64,000 bases of DNA from Bacteroidota bacterium (GCA_027490225.1 JAIXYK010000032.1:32418-96417); one strand, 5' to 3'; positions 18,488 to 29,728 are shown, counted from the stretch's first letter. The notes: generated from the sequence alone by a model not told the origin. Made by a program: numbers and translations.

Positions 18488-20518
18488 TTGGAAACAAAAG
18501 AAATTATTTCTGTAGCCTTAGTTGGAAATCCAAATTGTGGTAAATCAACATTATTTAACGCTATCACAGGTCTTAACCAAAAAACAGGAAATTTCCCTGG
18601 CGTAACTGTTGAAAAGAAAAATGGAAAAGTAAGAATTCATGATCAACAGCTTCAAAGAAAACAAACATTTAATTTCATTGACCTTCCTGGTACTTATAGC
18701 CTATTTCCAAAATCGTTAGATGAAGCCGAAACCCTAAAAGTTTTAACAGAGCCTAATAATCCTGATTTTCCTGACATTGTTGTTACTGTTGCAGATGCCT
18801 CAAACCTAAAAAGGTCCTTGCTGCTTTGCTTACAAGTAAAAGAATTAGGACTCCCAGCAGTGCTGGTGCTTAACATGATTGATTTATTAGAAAGAAGCAA
18901 TTTAAGCATAGATATAGTTAAACTTTCTAAGGCCCTGCAAATTCCGATAATCGAAATGAATGCGAGGGATAAAAAGGGAATTAGCCAATTGAAGAAACAA
19001 TTATTTGAACCTATCAAATCTGAGATAAACGGAACTGAGTACAATGCTTTCCTAAATTCTATCAATAAATATTCTCAAAATCCGCAAATCGATGAAGAGA
19101 AACAAGCCAACTTAATTCAAGAAAAAGAAATGTTGCGTTTGTATTCCTTAATAGACGATGTTTTGAGTGGGGCGCTAATTCAAGCAAAGCAAACAAATGC
19201 ATTGAACTTGTCTCTTCGTTTAGATAAGTTTTTTACCCACCCATTTTGGGGCTTCATCATTTTTCTTGGAATACTGTTTTTTATCTTTCAATCAATATTT
19301 TCTTGGTCAGAAAAACCAATGGAATGGATTGATTTGCTTTTTTCTCTAACCTCAGATTGGATAAACAGCTCACTTCCTGATGGTGCATTTAATGATTTGT
19401 TAAGCAAAGGGATTATTCCCGGTTTAGGCGGCATTATGATGTTTATCCCTCAAATTGCCATCCTATTTGCCTTTATTGCAGTACTCGAAGATACAGGGTA
19501 TATGGCCAGGGTAAGCTATATTATGGATCGCTTAATGAGAGGATTTGGTATTAATGGAAAATCTATCATTCCATTAATAAGTGGAGTTGCCTGTGCTGTT
19601 CCCGCTATCATGTCGGCCCGAACAATTAAGAACCAAAAAGAAAGGCTCATTACCATTTTTGTAACACCATTAATGAGCTGTTCTGCACGTTTACCGGTTT
19701 ATACACTGTTAATTTCTGCAGCAGTTCCTGATCAAAATTTGGGACCTTTCAACATAAAAGGAGTCTTACTGATGGCCCTTTATCTTATTGGTTTTCTAGC
19801 TGCAATAGGTACTGCCCTCATCTTAAAATGGATAATAAAAAGTAAAGAAAAAAGCTATTTCATTATGGAACTGCCCGTTTACAGAAAACCACAATGGGGA
19901 GTTGTTGCATTTACAATGTATGATAAAGTAAAGGTTTTTGTAATGAATGCGGGAAAAATAATTGTAGCAATATCAGTAATTCTATGGTTACTTTCCTCTT
20001 ATGGGCCTACTCATAAATTTGAAGAAATAGAACTCAAATACAACAACACCGCATATTTTGAACAAGTAGGAAAAGAACAAGCAGAAAACAAATTAGCTTC
20101 TGAAAAACTCAGAAACTCATATGCAGGAATAATGGGAAGAACCATTGAACCTGCAATCGCTCCTTTGGGTTTTGATTGGAAAATTGGAATTGCCCTCGTT
20201 ACATCATTCGCGGCAAGAGAGGTTTTTGTGGGAACAATGGCCACTATGTATAGTGCAGGCAGCGACAGTGATGAAAATTCAGTTTCCCTAAAAGCTTCAT
20301 TGCAAAAAGATATAAACGAAAGCACTGGAAAACCATTATTTACTTTGGCAACAGTCATTTCACTTATCCTATTCTACGCGTTTGCTATGCAATGTATGAG
20401 CACCATTGCGGTTGTTTACAGAGAAACAGGTTCATGGAAATGGCCTGTGATTCAATTTATATATATGACAGCCTTAGCTTGGCTAGCAGCATTTATTGCA
20501 TATAATTTACTAAAATAA
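18488..20518 (+). CDS. feoB: ferrous iron transporter FeoB
   Basis: N-terminal G-domain VALVGNPNCGKSTLFNAITG followed by a polytopic membrane domain with Gate motifs. Confidence 0.95.
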   Translation: METKEIISVALVGNPNCGKSTLFNAITGLNQKTGNFPGVTVEKKNGKVRIHDQQLQRKQTFNFIDLPGTYSLFPKSLDEAETLKVLTEPNNPDFPDIVVTVADASNLKRSLLLCLQVKELGLPAVLVLNMIDLLERSNLSIDIVKLSKALQIPIIEMNARDKKGISQLKKQLFEPIKSEINGTEYNAFLNSINKYSQNPQIDEEKQANLIQEKEMLRLYSLIDDVLSGALIQAKQTNALNLSLRLDKFFTHPFWGFIIFLGILFFIFQSIFSWSEKPMEWIDLLFSLTSDWINSSLPDGAFNDLLSKGIIPGLGGIMMFIPQIAILFAFIAVLEDTGYMARVSYIMDRLMRGFGINGKSIIPLISGVACAVPAIMSARTIKNQKERLITIFVTPLMSCSARLPVYTLLISAAVPDQNLGPFNIKGVLLMALYLIGFLAAIGTALILKWIIKSKEKSYFIMELPVYRKPQWGVVAFTMYDKVKVFVMNAGKIIVAISVILWLLSSYGPTHKFEEIELKYNNTAYFEQVGKEQAENKLASEKLRNSYAGIMGRTIEPAIAPLGFDWKIGIALVTSFAAREVFVGTMATMYSAGSDSDENSVSLKASLQKDINESTGKPLFTLATVISLILFYAFAMQCMSTIAVVYRETGSWKWPVIQFIYMTALAWLAAFIAYNLLK

Positions 20519-20531
20519 GGAAGTTACAAAA

Positions 20532-21776
20532 ATGAAACGCAAAGAGCTGCTCCTATTATTAACACTTGCATTGATTCAATTCACCAACATAATGGATTTT
20601 ATGATCATTATGCCTTTGGGAAATCAATTAATGAAATTGTTTCAAATTGAACCAAGACAATTTGGATATATTGTTGGTGCTTATACTGTTACAGCTGGAA
20701 TTGTTGGCTTTGCCGGTGCATTTTTTATAGACAATTTCGATAGAAGGAAATTATTGTTGACCTGTTATGTCGGGTTTTTAATTGGCACTTTGGCTTGTGG
20801 TTTTGCTCCAAGTTATATTACAATGCTACTAGCAAGGATTTTAACCGGAATTTTTGGAGGGATTTTAGGAACCCTAGTATTATCAATAGTTGGAGATGCT
20901 ATTCCCGGAGAACGCCGTGCAACGGCCATGGGAATTGTAACGGCCGGTTTTTCATTGGCCGCTGTATTTGGGGTTCCATTTGGTAATTATTTAGCGCATG
21001 CTTTTAGCTGGCATGCCCCATTTCAATTTATTGCTGGCATTGGAACATTGATAATTATCGCAATTCTCATATTTATTCCAAAAATGGATGAACACATCAG
21101 GAATAAATCTAAACGCCCAGATCCTCTGCAAGTATTAAAAAATCTTTGGGAAAACAATAATCAGCGAAAAGCGCTTTTATTAATGTGTTTATTGATGTTA
21201 TCTCAATTTACCATCATTCCATTTATTGCTCCATACATGGAAAAAAATGTTGGTTTTACACAAATGCAGGTTACTTACATTTATCTTTTTGGTGGACTTT
21301 GCACGGTATTTACTGCTCCTTTGATTGGCCGATTGGCTGACAAAATTGGGAAACACAAGGTTTTTAGAGTTTTTGCAATATTCGCAATTATACCCATTTT
21401 TCTCATTACAAACATGCCTGTATTGCCAATTTGGATTGTCCTAATTGTTACTTCCTTTTTCTTTATTGCTGTTAATGGAAGGGTGGTTCCAGCTATCGCA
21501 CTAATTACAGGAACTACATTACCTCAAACCAGAGGTAGTTTTATGAGTTTCAACTCCTCTGTTCAGCAACTTTCTGCGGGATTAGCTTCATTTATTTCAG
21601 GTGCCATCATTACCCAAAGTGCAGCAGGAGAACTCATTAATTACGAGGTTATTGGTTACATTGCCATCATTGCATGCATAGGAAGCATTTGGGCAGCCGG
21701 AAGAATAAAAACGGCTGAACAACACGTGTTGGATATGCAAAAAGAAGCGGCTTTAAATCCCGAAGTAACTAAATAA
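20532..21776 (+). CDS. MFS transporter
   Basis: 12 predicted TM helices with MFS motif GxLxDRxGRRK-like sequences. Confidence 0.8.
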   Translation: MKRKELLLLLTLALIQFTNIMDFMIIMPLGNQLMKLFQIEPRQFGYIVGAYTVTAGIVGFAGAFFIDNFDRRKLLLTCYVGFLIGTLACGFAPSYITMLLARILTGIFGGILGTLVLSIVGDAIPGERRATAMGIVTAGFSLAAVFGVPFGNYLAHAFSWHAPFQFIAGIGTLIIIAILIFIPKMDEHIRNKSKRPDPLQVLKNLWENNNQRKALLLMCLLMLSQFTIIPFIAPYMEKNVGFTQMQVTYIYLFGGLCTVFTAPLIGRLADKIGKHKVFRVFAIFAIIPIFLITNMPVLPIWIVLIVTSFFFIAVNGRVVPAIALITGTTLPQTRGSFMSFNSSVQQLSAGLASFISGAIITQSAAGELINYEVIGYIAIIACIGSIWAAGRIKTAEQHVLDMQKEAALNPEVTK

Positions 21777-23106
21777 AGTTGGCTAGAATTTCATTTTCAA
21801 CTTCCTGAGAATCCCAAATTTCTTCAATGTTGGGTTTCTTCATAATCGATTGCATGATTCGTTCTTGCTTATCGCCAGCAACCAGTGCATCATTATAAGG
21901 AATATGGCTAAAAGTTACCATCGAATATAAAGGTGTCCAAAATTGTGGATATGCTTTGCTAAACTTGGCTTCTATTTTCTTTTGCAATAAAAAGGATGGT
22001 TCCGCAACTCTGTCGCGCATTTCAATAAAATTTCTTAAAGCCAATTCTGCAATAGCGTCTGCATTTTCTTTCCTGCTTTTTTCATAATTGCGCAAAAGTA
22101 AATCCCAGTCTTCATGTTGTGCATCATGAAGTTCACTAAAAATACTACAATCCTCAAAACCGCAATTCATTCCTTGCCCGTAAAATGGAACGATTGCGTG
22201 GGCGGCATCTCCAATCAACATAGCACTACTTTTCCAAGTCCAAGGGAAACATTTTACGATTACCATTCCTGCAGCAGGATTAGTTTTATACTCTTCTCTA
22301 AAATGAGGCATCATTGCCAAGGCATCTGAAAAATGCTCTCCAAAGAAGGTTTCTGCCTTCTCAATTGTATCTAAACTATCAAACGACAGTGCACCTGATT
22401 TTGGAAAAAACAAAGTACAAGTAAAACTTCCATCAATATTTGGAAGGGCTATGAGCATAAAATCTTTACGGGGCCAAATATGTAATGCATTTACTTCCAG
22501 CCTATGGCTTCCATCTTCATTAGGAGGAATGCTCAATTCTTTATAAGCGTAATCAATGTAATACTGAGAATAATTAAACCAAGGTGTTTTTTGCATCGCA
22601 TCTCTCACCTCAGAATAAGCCCCATCGGTTCCCACTAATAAATCTCCTTTTACAGAAATTTTTTCATTCCCAAATTGGAAATTGGCACTTGCTTCATCTA
22701 AGTTAACTCCTGTGCATTTGTGTTCGAAATGTATTTTAACACCTTCTTTTTCGGCCAAATCCATCAATTTGCAATTCAAATCTCCTCTTGAAACCGAATA
22801 AATAGATTGGCCATCATTTCCATATTGCTGAAAAGTTAGATTTCCTGCAACATCATGCATGATACGTCCATGCATTGGAATTCCTATTTTTCTAATTTCA
22901 TCATCAATTCCAACTCCCATTAAGCCTTTGAAACCTCTGTCAGAAAGTGCCAGGTTAATCGACCTTCCTGCGCTAATTGTTGCCTTGCGCATATCATTCC
23001 TGCGCTCAAAAACCTCCACTTTATAGCCTCTTTTTGCCATATAAATAGCATACAAAGAACCAACAAGTCCGGCTCCAACCACTGTTATCAAAGATTTTTC
23101 TGTCAT
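21769..23106 (-). CDS. kmo: kynurenine 3-monooxygenase (FAD-dependent)
   Basis: GxGxxG FAD-binding motif VVGAGLVGS; RSINLALS; HIWPRKDFMLIALPNIDGSFTCTLF matches the KMO core. Confidence 0.85.
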   Translation of the reverse strand: MTEKSLITVVGAGLVGSLYAIYMAKRGYKVEVFERRNDMRKATISAGRSINLALSDRGFKGLMGVGIDDEIRKIGIPMHGRIMHDVAGNLTFQQYGNDGQSIYSVSRGDLNCKLMDLAEKEGVKIHFEHKCTGVNLDEASANFQFGNEKISVKGDLLVGTDGAYSEVRDAMQKTPWFNYSQYYIDYAYKELSIPPNEDGSHRLEVNALHIWPRKDFMLIALPNIDGSFTCTLFFPKSGALSFDSLDTIEKAETFFGEHFSDALAMMPHFREEYKTNPAAGMVIVKCFPWTWKSSAMLIGDAAHAIVPFYGQGMNCGFEDCSIFSELHDAQHEDWDLLLRNYEKSRKENADAIAELALRNFIEMRDRVAEPSFLLQKKIEAKFSKAYPQFWTPLYSMVTFSHIPYNDALVAGDKQERIMQSIMKKPNIEEIWDSQEVENEILANFI

Positions 23107-23110
23107 TATA

Positions 23111-24379
23111 TTATTTTTTAAATGAATGAATGATACTTACAAATGTGTAAACATCATTAAATGAATTGTACAAAGGTACAGGAGCTATCCTTATAACATT
23201 TGGCTCTCTCCAATCAGCAATAACTCCATTAAGAGATAAATGTTCAAAAACTTCTTTCCCATTTTTGTGAAACAATAGTGATAACTGACAACCTCTTTGT
23301 TCAGGTGTTATAACAGTAAACAAATCTTTAAAATATTGCTCTTGCTGTAATTCCTCAAGTAAACTAAATAAAAAACCAGTTAATTTTTTGCTTTTACTAA
23401 CAATTGCAGGCATTGTAGCAGAAGCAAATATTTCCAAGGATGCCCTGTGTGCTGCCATAGATAAAACAGGAGCATTGCTCATTTGCCAGCTTTCTGCAGT
23501 TGGAGTTGGTAAAAATGTATCTCCCATTTTAAATCTTGTGTTGAGTTGATGTCCCCACCAGCCAGCTAATTTAAATGTATCGGGATTTGAAGAGTGTTTC
23601 TCGTGTATAAAGATTCCAGCCACGCCACCTGGACCTGAATTTAAATATTTATAAGAACACCATGCTGCAAAATCTACCTTCCATTCATTTAGTTTTAACT
23701 CAATATTCCCAATGGCATGAGCCAGATCAAAACCTGCAATTGCGCCTACAGCATGTGCAGCTTTGGTTATTTTTTCCATATCGAACACTTGACCGCTGTA
23801 GTAATTTACTCCTCCAATCATCACCAAGGCCAATGCTTCCCCTTCTTCTGAAATTGCTTTCAAAACATCTTCCTCATCAATTATTTCACTTCCTTCTCTG
23901 GGAGCGATTATTCTCAATGATTTTTCAGGCGTACTGTTATGAAAAACTGTTTGACTTTGTAAAGCGTAAATGTCTGATGGGAAAGCCTTTGCTTCACAAA
24001 TTATCCGATGTCTTGTTAATGTTGGCTTGTAAAAAGTTGCCATTAAAATGTGCAAATTCACAGTAAGGGCATTCATTGCAACTACTTCAGAAGTTTTTGC
24101 ACCTGTAATATGGGCTAATGTTTCAGAAAATTGTTCATGGTATGTAAGCCAGGGAGAACGAGCGTGAACATGACCTTCTACACCTAAATTGGACCAGTCT
24201 TCTAATTCTTGCAATACAGATTCTTTTGTTCTTACTGGCTGTAAACCCAAAGAATTTCCACAAAGATAAATTGCCTTTTTATCATTAATCTTTGGAAAAA
24301 GGAAAGATTTACAATATTCTGAAAGTTCATCCTCGCTATCTAATTGCTTACTTGTATGCAGTGCTTTATCAAGATTCAT
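23111..24379 (-). CDS. kynU: kynureninase (PLP-dependent)
   Basis: The N-terminal region ...YLCGNSLGLQP... and the overall class-V aminotransferase architecture at the right length are typical of kynureninase. It is adjacent to kmo. Confidence 0.85.
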   Translation of the reverse strand: MNLDKALHTSKQLDSEDELSEYCKSFLFPKINDKKAIYLCGNSLGLQPVRTKESVLQELEDWSNLGVEGHVHARSPWLTYHEQFSETLAHITGAKTSEVVAMNALTVNLHILMATFYKPTLTRHRIICEAKAFPSDIYALQSQTVFHNSTPEKSLRIIAPREGSEIIDEEDVLKAISEEGEALALVMIGGVNYYSGQVFDMEKITKAAHAVGAIAGFDLAHAIGNIELKLNEWKVDFAAWCSYKYLNSGPGGVAGIFIHEKHSSNPDTFKLAGWWGHQLNTRFKMGDTFLPTPTAESWQMSNAPVLSMAAHRASLEIFASATMPAIVSKSKKLTGFLFSLLEELQQEQYFKDLFTVITPEQRGCQLSLLFHKNGKEVFEHLSLNGVIADWREPNVIRIAPVPLYNSFNDVYTFVSIIHSFKK

Positions 24380-24831
24380 ATGGTGTAGATTGCTAAAATT
24401 AGCGCCTTAAAAATTTGTTGCAATATGACGGCTTTTTTACTCATTCTGTTCGAATTTTCGCCAAATAATATTTTGAATTAAATGCTATTCAATTTTCTTC
24501 TCCAAATATAATTTCGAAAAGAATGGAATACTATGCATCTCTTTCAAAAGGAGTACTAAATTTACGACGATGAAAATTCAAACAATCGTCTATTCTGTTT
24601 GGCAAAACGAAAGATATAAGTGCAAACATTTAAAATTCAGACATTTATAATTTTTTTATATTTTTCTTTCAATTGTTTGTAAATCAATTTTTAAATGTAT
24701 CTTTAATCATTAAATTGCATGATTGAGAATATTTAAGGGCAATAATTTTTGATTTAGCACCTTTTTAAACAAAAGCTTAAACATTGCATCACATTAACAC
24801 GTTTTTTTTAATTAAAATATAATTTTTCAGT

Positions 24832-27036
24832 ATGATTGAGACCGTTGAGACAACTACCGAACTCCACGAAAAGCTTCAATATTTCTTTGGCTTCAGCAAA
24901 TTTAAAGGCGAACAAGAAGCCATAATTCGCAATATCCTTAACAGAAATGACACTTTTGTAATAATGCCAACAGGTGGCGGAAAATCACTTTGCTACCAAT
25001 TGCCCGCACTTATGAGCGAAGGTGTTGCAATTATTGTTTCCCCATTAATTGCTTTAATGAAGAATCAAGTTGATGCTATTAGAAATTATGGCGCAGAAGA
25101 TGGCATTGCGCACTTCATGAATTCTTCCCTTAACAAGTCAGAAATAGCAAATGTTAAAAACGACATTACAAGAGGAATTACAAAATTGCTTTATGTAGCC
25201 CCTGAGTCATTAACTAAAGATGAAAATGTAGAATTCCTCAGAGAAATTAACATTTCCTTCTTTGCAATTGATGAGGCACATTGTATTTCAGAGTGGGGAC
25301 ACGATTTTAGACCCGAATACAGAAGACTACGTTCAATTATAGAAGCTATTGGCACTGTTCCTATTATGGCGCTTACGGCTACAGCTACTCCGAAAGTTCA
25401 AATAGATATTATGAAGAACCTCAACATGAATGAGGCTACTTTGTATAAATCGTCTTTCAATCGTGCAAATCTGATGTACGAAGTTAGACCTAAGAAAAAT
25501 GTTGTAAAAGAAATCATTCGCTTTATTAAGCAACATCAAGGTAAATCAGGAATTATATATTGTTTAAGCAGAAAGAAAGTAGAAGAAATTGCGGAGACAT
25601 TGCAAGTAAATGGAATTAAAGCTCTGCCTTACCATGCAGGACTTGATGCATCCACCAGAGCAAGTCACCAAGATAAATTCTTGATGGAAGAAGCCGACGT
25701 GATTGTTGCAACTATTGCTTTCGGAATGGGCATCGACAAACCAGATGTGAGATATGTTATTCACCATGAAATCCCTAAAAGTCTTGAAGGATATTATCAG
25801 GAAACAGGACGTGCTGGTAGAGATGGTGGTGAAGGAATCTGCTTGGCTTTTTACAGTTATGATGATATTCTTAAATTAGAAAAATTCCTTAAGAATAAGC
25901 ATGTAGCTGAACAGGAAATAGGTCAGCAATTATTGGCAGAAACAGTTGGATATTGCGAAACTTCTATATGTCGTCGTAAATTCTTATTGCATTATTTCGG
26001 AGAAGAATATGATGAAGCGGGTTGCAATAACATGTGCGACAATTGCAGCAATCCAAAAAGAAAGTTCGATGGGCAGGAAGAAATCTGTATGGTTATCGAT
26101 ACTGTTTTAGCTGTTAAAGAGAAATTTAAGGATAAGCATATTGTACAAATTTTAACCGGCGTGATTAATTCAATGGTGAAGTCATACAAACACGACACAC
26201 TTGAATTATTCGGAAAAGGTGATGAACACTCTGTTTTGCATTGGAATAGTGTAATTCGCCAGGCTGTTGTGCAAGGTTTCCTTGAAAAAGAAGTAGAAAA
26301 CTACGGAACTTTAAGAGTAACTAAAAAAGGATATGAGTATTTAGAAAATCCATATTCTATAATGATTACTGAAGATCATGACTACACTGATACGGATGAA
26401 GACGATGACATAGTAACTGCGGGAGCTGGTGGTGCAGGAGCCGGTGATGACGTACTTTTCGGAATCTTAAAAGACCTCACCAAAAAAATTGCGAAGAAGC
26501 ACAATATGCCTCCTTATGTAATTTTCCAGGAACAATCGTTGGTTGATATGACCATTCAATATCCAATTACAATGGATGAATTGAAACAGATTGCAGGTGT
26601 TGGTTCTGGAAAAGCTGAAAAATACGGAAAAGAGTTTGTTCCTGTAATTGCCAATTACGTAAAAGAAAACGAAATTGAGCGACCTATGAATATGATTGTA
26701 AAATCTGTTGTAAATAAATCTACGCAGAAAGTACATATCATTCAGAATGTTGACCGCAAAATTCCTTTGGAAGATATTGCTGATGCAAAAGGCTTAACAA
26801 TGGCTGTTCTTGTTGAAGAAATGGAAAGTATTGTATACTCAGGAACGAAACTGGATATCAGTTACTATATCAACAATACAATAGATGAAGAGATTCAGGA
26901 AGAAATAATCGATTATTTCAAGTCAGCAGAAACCGATTCTATTGCAGAAGCTGTAAAAGAATTAGAAGATGCAGAAATAGGAGAAACAGAAGTAAGATTA
27001 ATGCGTTTAAAGTTCATCTCTGAATACGGAAATTAA
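24832..27036 (+). CDS. recQ: ATP-dependent DNA helicase RecQ
   Basis: Helicase motifs I (PTGGGKSLCYQLPAL) and II (FAIDEAHCISEWGHDFRPEY), a RecQ-Ct Zn-finger cysteine cluster and a C-terminal HRDC-like region. Confidence 0.95.
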   Translation: MIETVETTTELHEKLQYFFGFSKFKGEQEAIIRNILNRNDTFVIMPTGGGKSLCYQLPALMSEGVAIIVSPLIALMKNQVDAIRNYGAEDGIAHFMNSSLNKSEIANVKNDITRGITKLLYVAPESLTKDENVEFLREINISFFAIDEAHCISEWGHDFRPEYRRLRSIIEAIGTVPIMALTATATPKVQIDIMKNLNMNEATLYKSSFNRANLMYEVRPKKNVVKEIIRFIKQHQGKSGIIYCLSRKKVEEIAETLQVNGIKALPYHAGLDASTRASHQDKFLMEEADVIVATIAFGMGIDKPDVRYVIHHEIPKSLEGYYQETGRAGRDGGEGICLAFYSYDDILKLEKFLKNKHVAEQEIGQQLLAETVGYCETSICRRKFLLHYFGEEYDEAGCNNMCDNCSNPKRKFDGQEEICMVIDTVLAVKEKFKDKHIVQILTGVINSMVKSYKHDTLELFGKGDEHSVLHWNSVIRQAVVQGFLEKEVENYGTLRVTKKGYEYLENPYSIMITEDHDYTDTDEDDDIVTAGAGGAGAGDDVLFGILKDLTKKIAKKHNMPPYVIFQEQSLVDMTIQYPITMDELKQIAGVGSGKAEKYGKEFVPVIANYVKENEIERPMNMIVKSVVNKSTQKVHIIQNVDRKIPLEDIADAKGLTMAVLVEEMESIVYSGTKLDISYYINNTIDEEIQEEIIDYFKSAETDSIAEAVKELEDAEIGETEVRLMRLKFISEYGN

Positions 27037-27053
27037 TCTATCATAGCTTTACA

Positions 27054-27101
27054 TAAGGGCTGAAAGATATAGTAGATTTTCTGCCTATCTTTCAGCCCTT
27101 A
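27054..27101. terminator. perfect 16-bp stem hairpin between recQ and the downstream T9SS gene
   Basis: TAAGGGCTGAAAGATA ... TATCTTTCAGCCCTTA (reverse complements) with a 16-nt loop and a weak T-run after. Confidence 0.5.
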
Positions 27102-27109
27102 CTATTTGT

Positions 27110-29725
27110 ATGAATAGATTTCGAATTTTCTGGATACTTATTGCGCTCTTGAGCTTCGGAAAAGCGAATGCCACTCATAATCGTGCAGGTGAAATTACTT
27201 ACAGGCATTTAGGTGGATTTCAATATGAAGCAACAATAATTACTTACACAAAAGCTGATAGTCCAGCAGACAGAAATGCTCTTGGCATTTCTTGGGGCGA
27301 TGGTGTTACAGATACAATTCCTAGAATTAACGGGAATGGAAATGGAGAAATCGTAGCCCCCGACATAAAGAAAAACATTTATGTTGGAGTTCACACTTAT
27401 CCTGCTCCAGCAATATATACCCTTAGTTTTGAGGATGCGAATAGAAATGGAGGTGTAGTCAATATTCCAAACTCAATAAACATTCCTTTCTTTGTTTCTA
27501 CACAGCTCATTATCAACCCATTTCTCGGTATAAACAATTCCGCTTTACTATTAAATCCACCGATTGACCAAGCCTGCCCCGGGCAAATATTTATCCATAA
27601 CCCTGGAGCTTTTGATCCTGATGGAGATAGTATATCATATCGACTTACCCAATGTTTAGGTGAAGATGGACTTTCTATTCCTGGTTTCGCACAGCCTGTT
27701 GGCAGTAATTCATTTTCATTAAATCCAATTACAGGAGACTTAATTTGGGATACACCAAATAATGGAAGTATTGGTGAATACAACGTTGCATTTGTTGTTG
27801 AGGAATGGAGAAATGGAATTTTAATTGGTTTTGTTACCCGTGATATGCAGATAACTGTTTCTCCATGCACAAATCAACCGCCTGCTTTTCTAGAACTTCC
27901 TGATTTATGTGTTGATGCAGGAACAGTGATTCAATTTGATGTAACTGCAACTGATGCTGATTTTCCTGTTCAACAAATTACTTTGAGTGCAACTGGTGGC
28001 CCTTTCCAATTCGATGCACCATTTAATGCAGAATTTGCCGCTGAAACTGGAAATAGTAACGTTAGTCAAACATTTACTTGGGCAACAGATTGCTCACACG
28101 TAAAAAAAGAACCACACTTATTTAGTTTTCGAGTTGTAGATAATGGAAACCCAAATCTGTCTGATTATGAAACTGTGCAGATTAAGGTTGTTGCTCAGGC
28201 TCCTGCGCCATTAATTGTAAGTTCTCAAACCAATGGTATATTATTAAATTGGACTTTAAGCCCTTGCCCACAGGCTTTAGGATATGCCATCTATAGGAAA
28301 AGTGATTTCTTCGGTTTTGTTCCAAATGCATGTGAAACAGGTGTTCCAGCATATACAGGCTATTCTTTAATAGACACAATTCTTGGTATTAATACGCTTT
28401 CTTATTTTGATAATAATAATGGATTGGGTTTGCTTCCTGGAAATAACTATTGCTATATGGTGACTGCACTTTTTGGCAATGGGGCCGAGAGTTATGCTAC
28501 TAACGAAGCTTGTACTGAATTAAAAAACACACTTCCCATTATCACAAATGTTAGTGTAAGGGAAACCGCAACTGAAAATGGGTCAATTTTCGTGGCATGG
28601 TCAAAACCTACCCAACTCGATACAATTCAGTGGCCTGGTCCATTTAGATACATTATCGAAAGAAAACAAAACAATAACTTCGTTGCTGTTGATTCATTAA
28701 ATTCTTTGAATGATACTACCTACATAGATTCTTCAATATTTCTTAATACCCAAAATCAGAATTACAGGTACAGAATTGCATTAAAAGCCATTGAAAACAA
28801 TGTTCCCATACTGCTAGGAAACAGCCAAGAAGCCACATCTGTATTCTTAAGCACCTTTGGAGTCTCTAATGGAGTAGAACTTTCTTGGAACTATACTGTT
28901 CCTTGGCAAAACGACTCTTTTATTGTTTATAGAAGGTTGAACGGAGCCGTCGAATTTGATAGTATTGGCATCACAAAATTCAAAAAATTTAAAGACCTTA
29001 ACCTTGCTAATGGAATACCTGTTTGCTATAAAGTAAAATCAAAAGGTGCTTATTCTGGAAGCGGAACGATTTCCCCTATAATCAACTTATCTCAAATAAG
29101 TTGCGCTACTCCGGTAGATAAAATACCGCCATGCAAACCAATATTAACAATACAGTCTTCCTGCGATTCTCTTTTAAATATTCTAAACTGGACATTTCCT
29201 TTTGATACTTGTTCGAAGGACATTTCAAAAGTTAATATTTACTATACAACTTCTTTAAATTCGCCACTGCAATTATTAGAAAGTATAACAGGAAACAATG
29301 TCTTTACTTTTCCCCACCAACCTGCTTTTGGTGTAGCTGGCTGTTATTCAGTAACTGCAATAGATTCATTTTTAAATGAAAGCACTTTTGATAGCGTTTG
29401 CGTTGATAATTGTCCTCAGTATGAATTGTCTAATGTCTTCTCTCCAAACGGTGACGGGCTTAATGACTTTTTTAAACCTTATCCATATAAATTTATAGAA
29501 GATATATCCTTAACAATATTTAATAGATGGGGAACCAAAGTTTTTTCTACAAACAATAAAGATGTAAACTGGTCGGGAATAGATGCTCAAACTGGTAAAC
29601 TAGTTACAGATGGAATCTATTTTTATATTTGCACTGTAAATGAACAAAGGCTGGAAGGCATTGTTCCTAGGAATATAAAAGGAACTGTAACAATTTTAGA
29701 CAGCAGAGCCTCACAAAACCAATAA
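27110..29725 (+). CDS. secreted T9SS cargo with Ig/cadherin-like and FN3-like modules and a C-terminal type-B CTD
   Basis: Signal peptide, then internal YxYR..N..G FN3-like repeats, then the C-terminal motif FSPNGDGLNDFF...FNRWGTKVF...W.G...G..V.DGIYFYI of the type-B T9SS sorting domain. Confidence 0.85.
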   Translation: MNRFRIFWILIALLSFGKANATHNRAGEITYRHLGGFQYEATIITYTKADSPADRNALGISWGDGVTDTIPRINGNGNGEIVAPDIKKNIYVGVHTYPAPAIYTLSFEDANRNGGVVNIPNSINIPFFVSTQLIINPFLGINNSALLLNPPIDQACPGQIFIHNPGAFDPDGDSISYRLTQCLGEDGLSIPGFAQPVGSNSFSLNPITGDLIWDTPNNGSIGEYNVAFVVEEWRNGILIGFVTRDMQITVSPCTNQPPAFLELPDLCVDAGTVIQFDVTATDADFPVQQITLSATGGPFQFDAPFNAEFAAETGNSNVSQTFTWATDCSHVKKEPHLFSFRVVDNGNPNLSDYETVQIKVVAQAPAPLIVSSQTNGILLNWTLSPCPQALGYAIYRKSDFFGFVPNACETGVPAYTGYSLIDTILGINTLSYFDNNNGLGLLPGNNYCYMVTALFGNGAESYATNEACTELKNTLPIITNVSVRETATENGSIFVAWSKPTQLDTIQWPGPFRYIIERKQNNNFVAVDSLNSLNDTTYIDSSIFLNTQNQNYRYRIALKAIENNVPILLGNSQEATSVFLSTFGVSNGVELSWNYTVPWQNDSFIVYRRLNGAVEFDSIGITKFKKFKDLNLANGIPVCYKVKSKGAYSGSGTISPIINLSQISCATPVDKIPPCKPILTIQSSCDSLLNILNWTFPFDTCSKDISKVNIYYTTSLNSPLQLLESITGNNVFTFPHQPAFGVAGCYSVTAIDSFLNESTFDSVCVDNCPQYELSNVFSPNGDGLNDFFKPYPYKFIEDISLTIFNRWGTKVFSTNNKDVNWSGIDAQTGKLVTDGIYFYICTVNEQRLEGIVPRNIKGTVTILDSRASQNQ

Positions 29726-29728
29726 TAA

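Noticed and set aside
24380-24831. 450-bp AT-rich gap upstream of recQ as a hidden small gene or ncRNA
   Set aside because: It contains only ORFs of 20 codons or fewer with no conservation cues, no strong hairpins and no GC deviation. It is most likely a promoter/UTR region.
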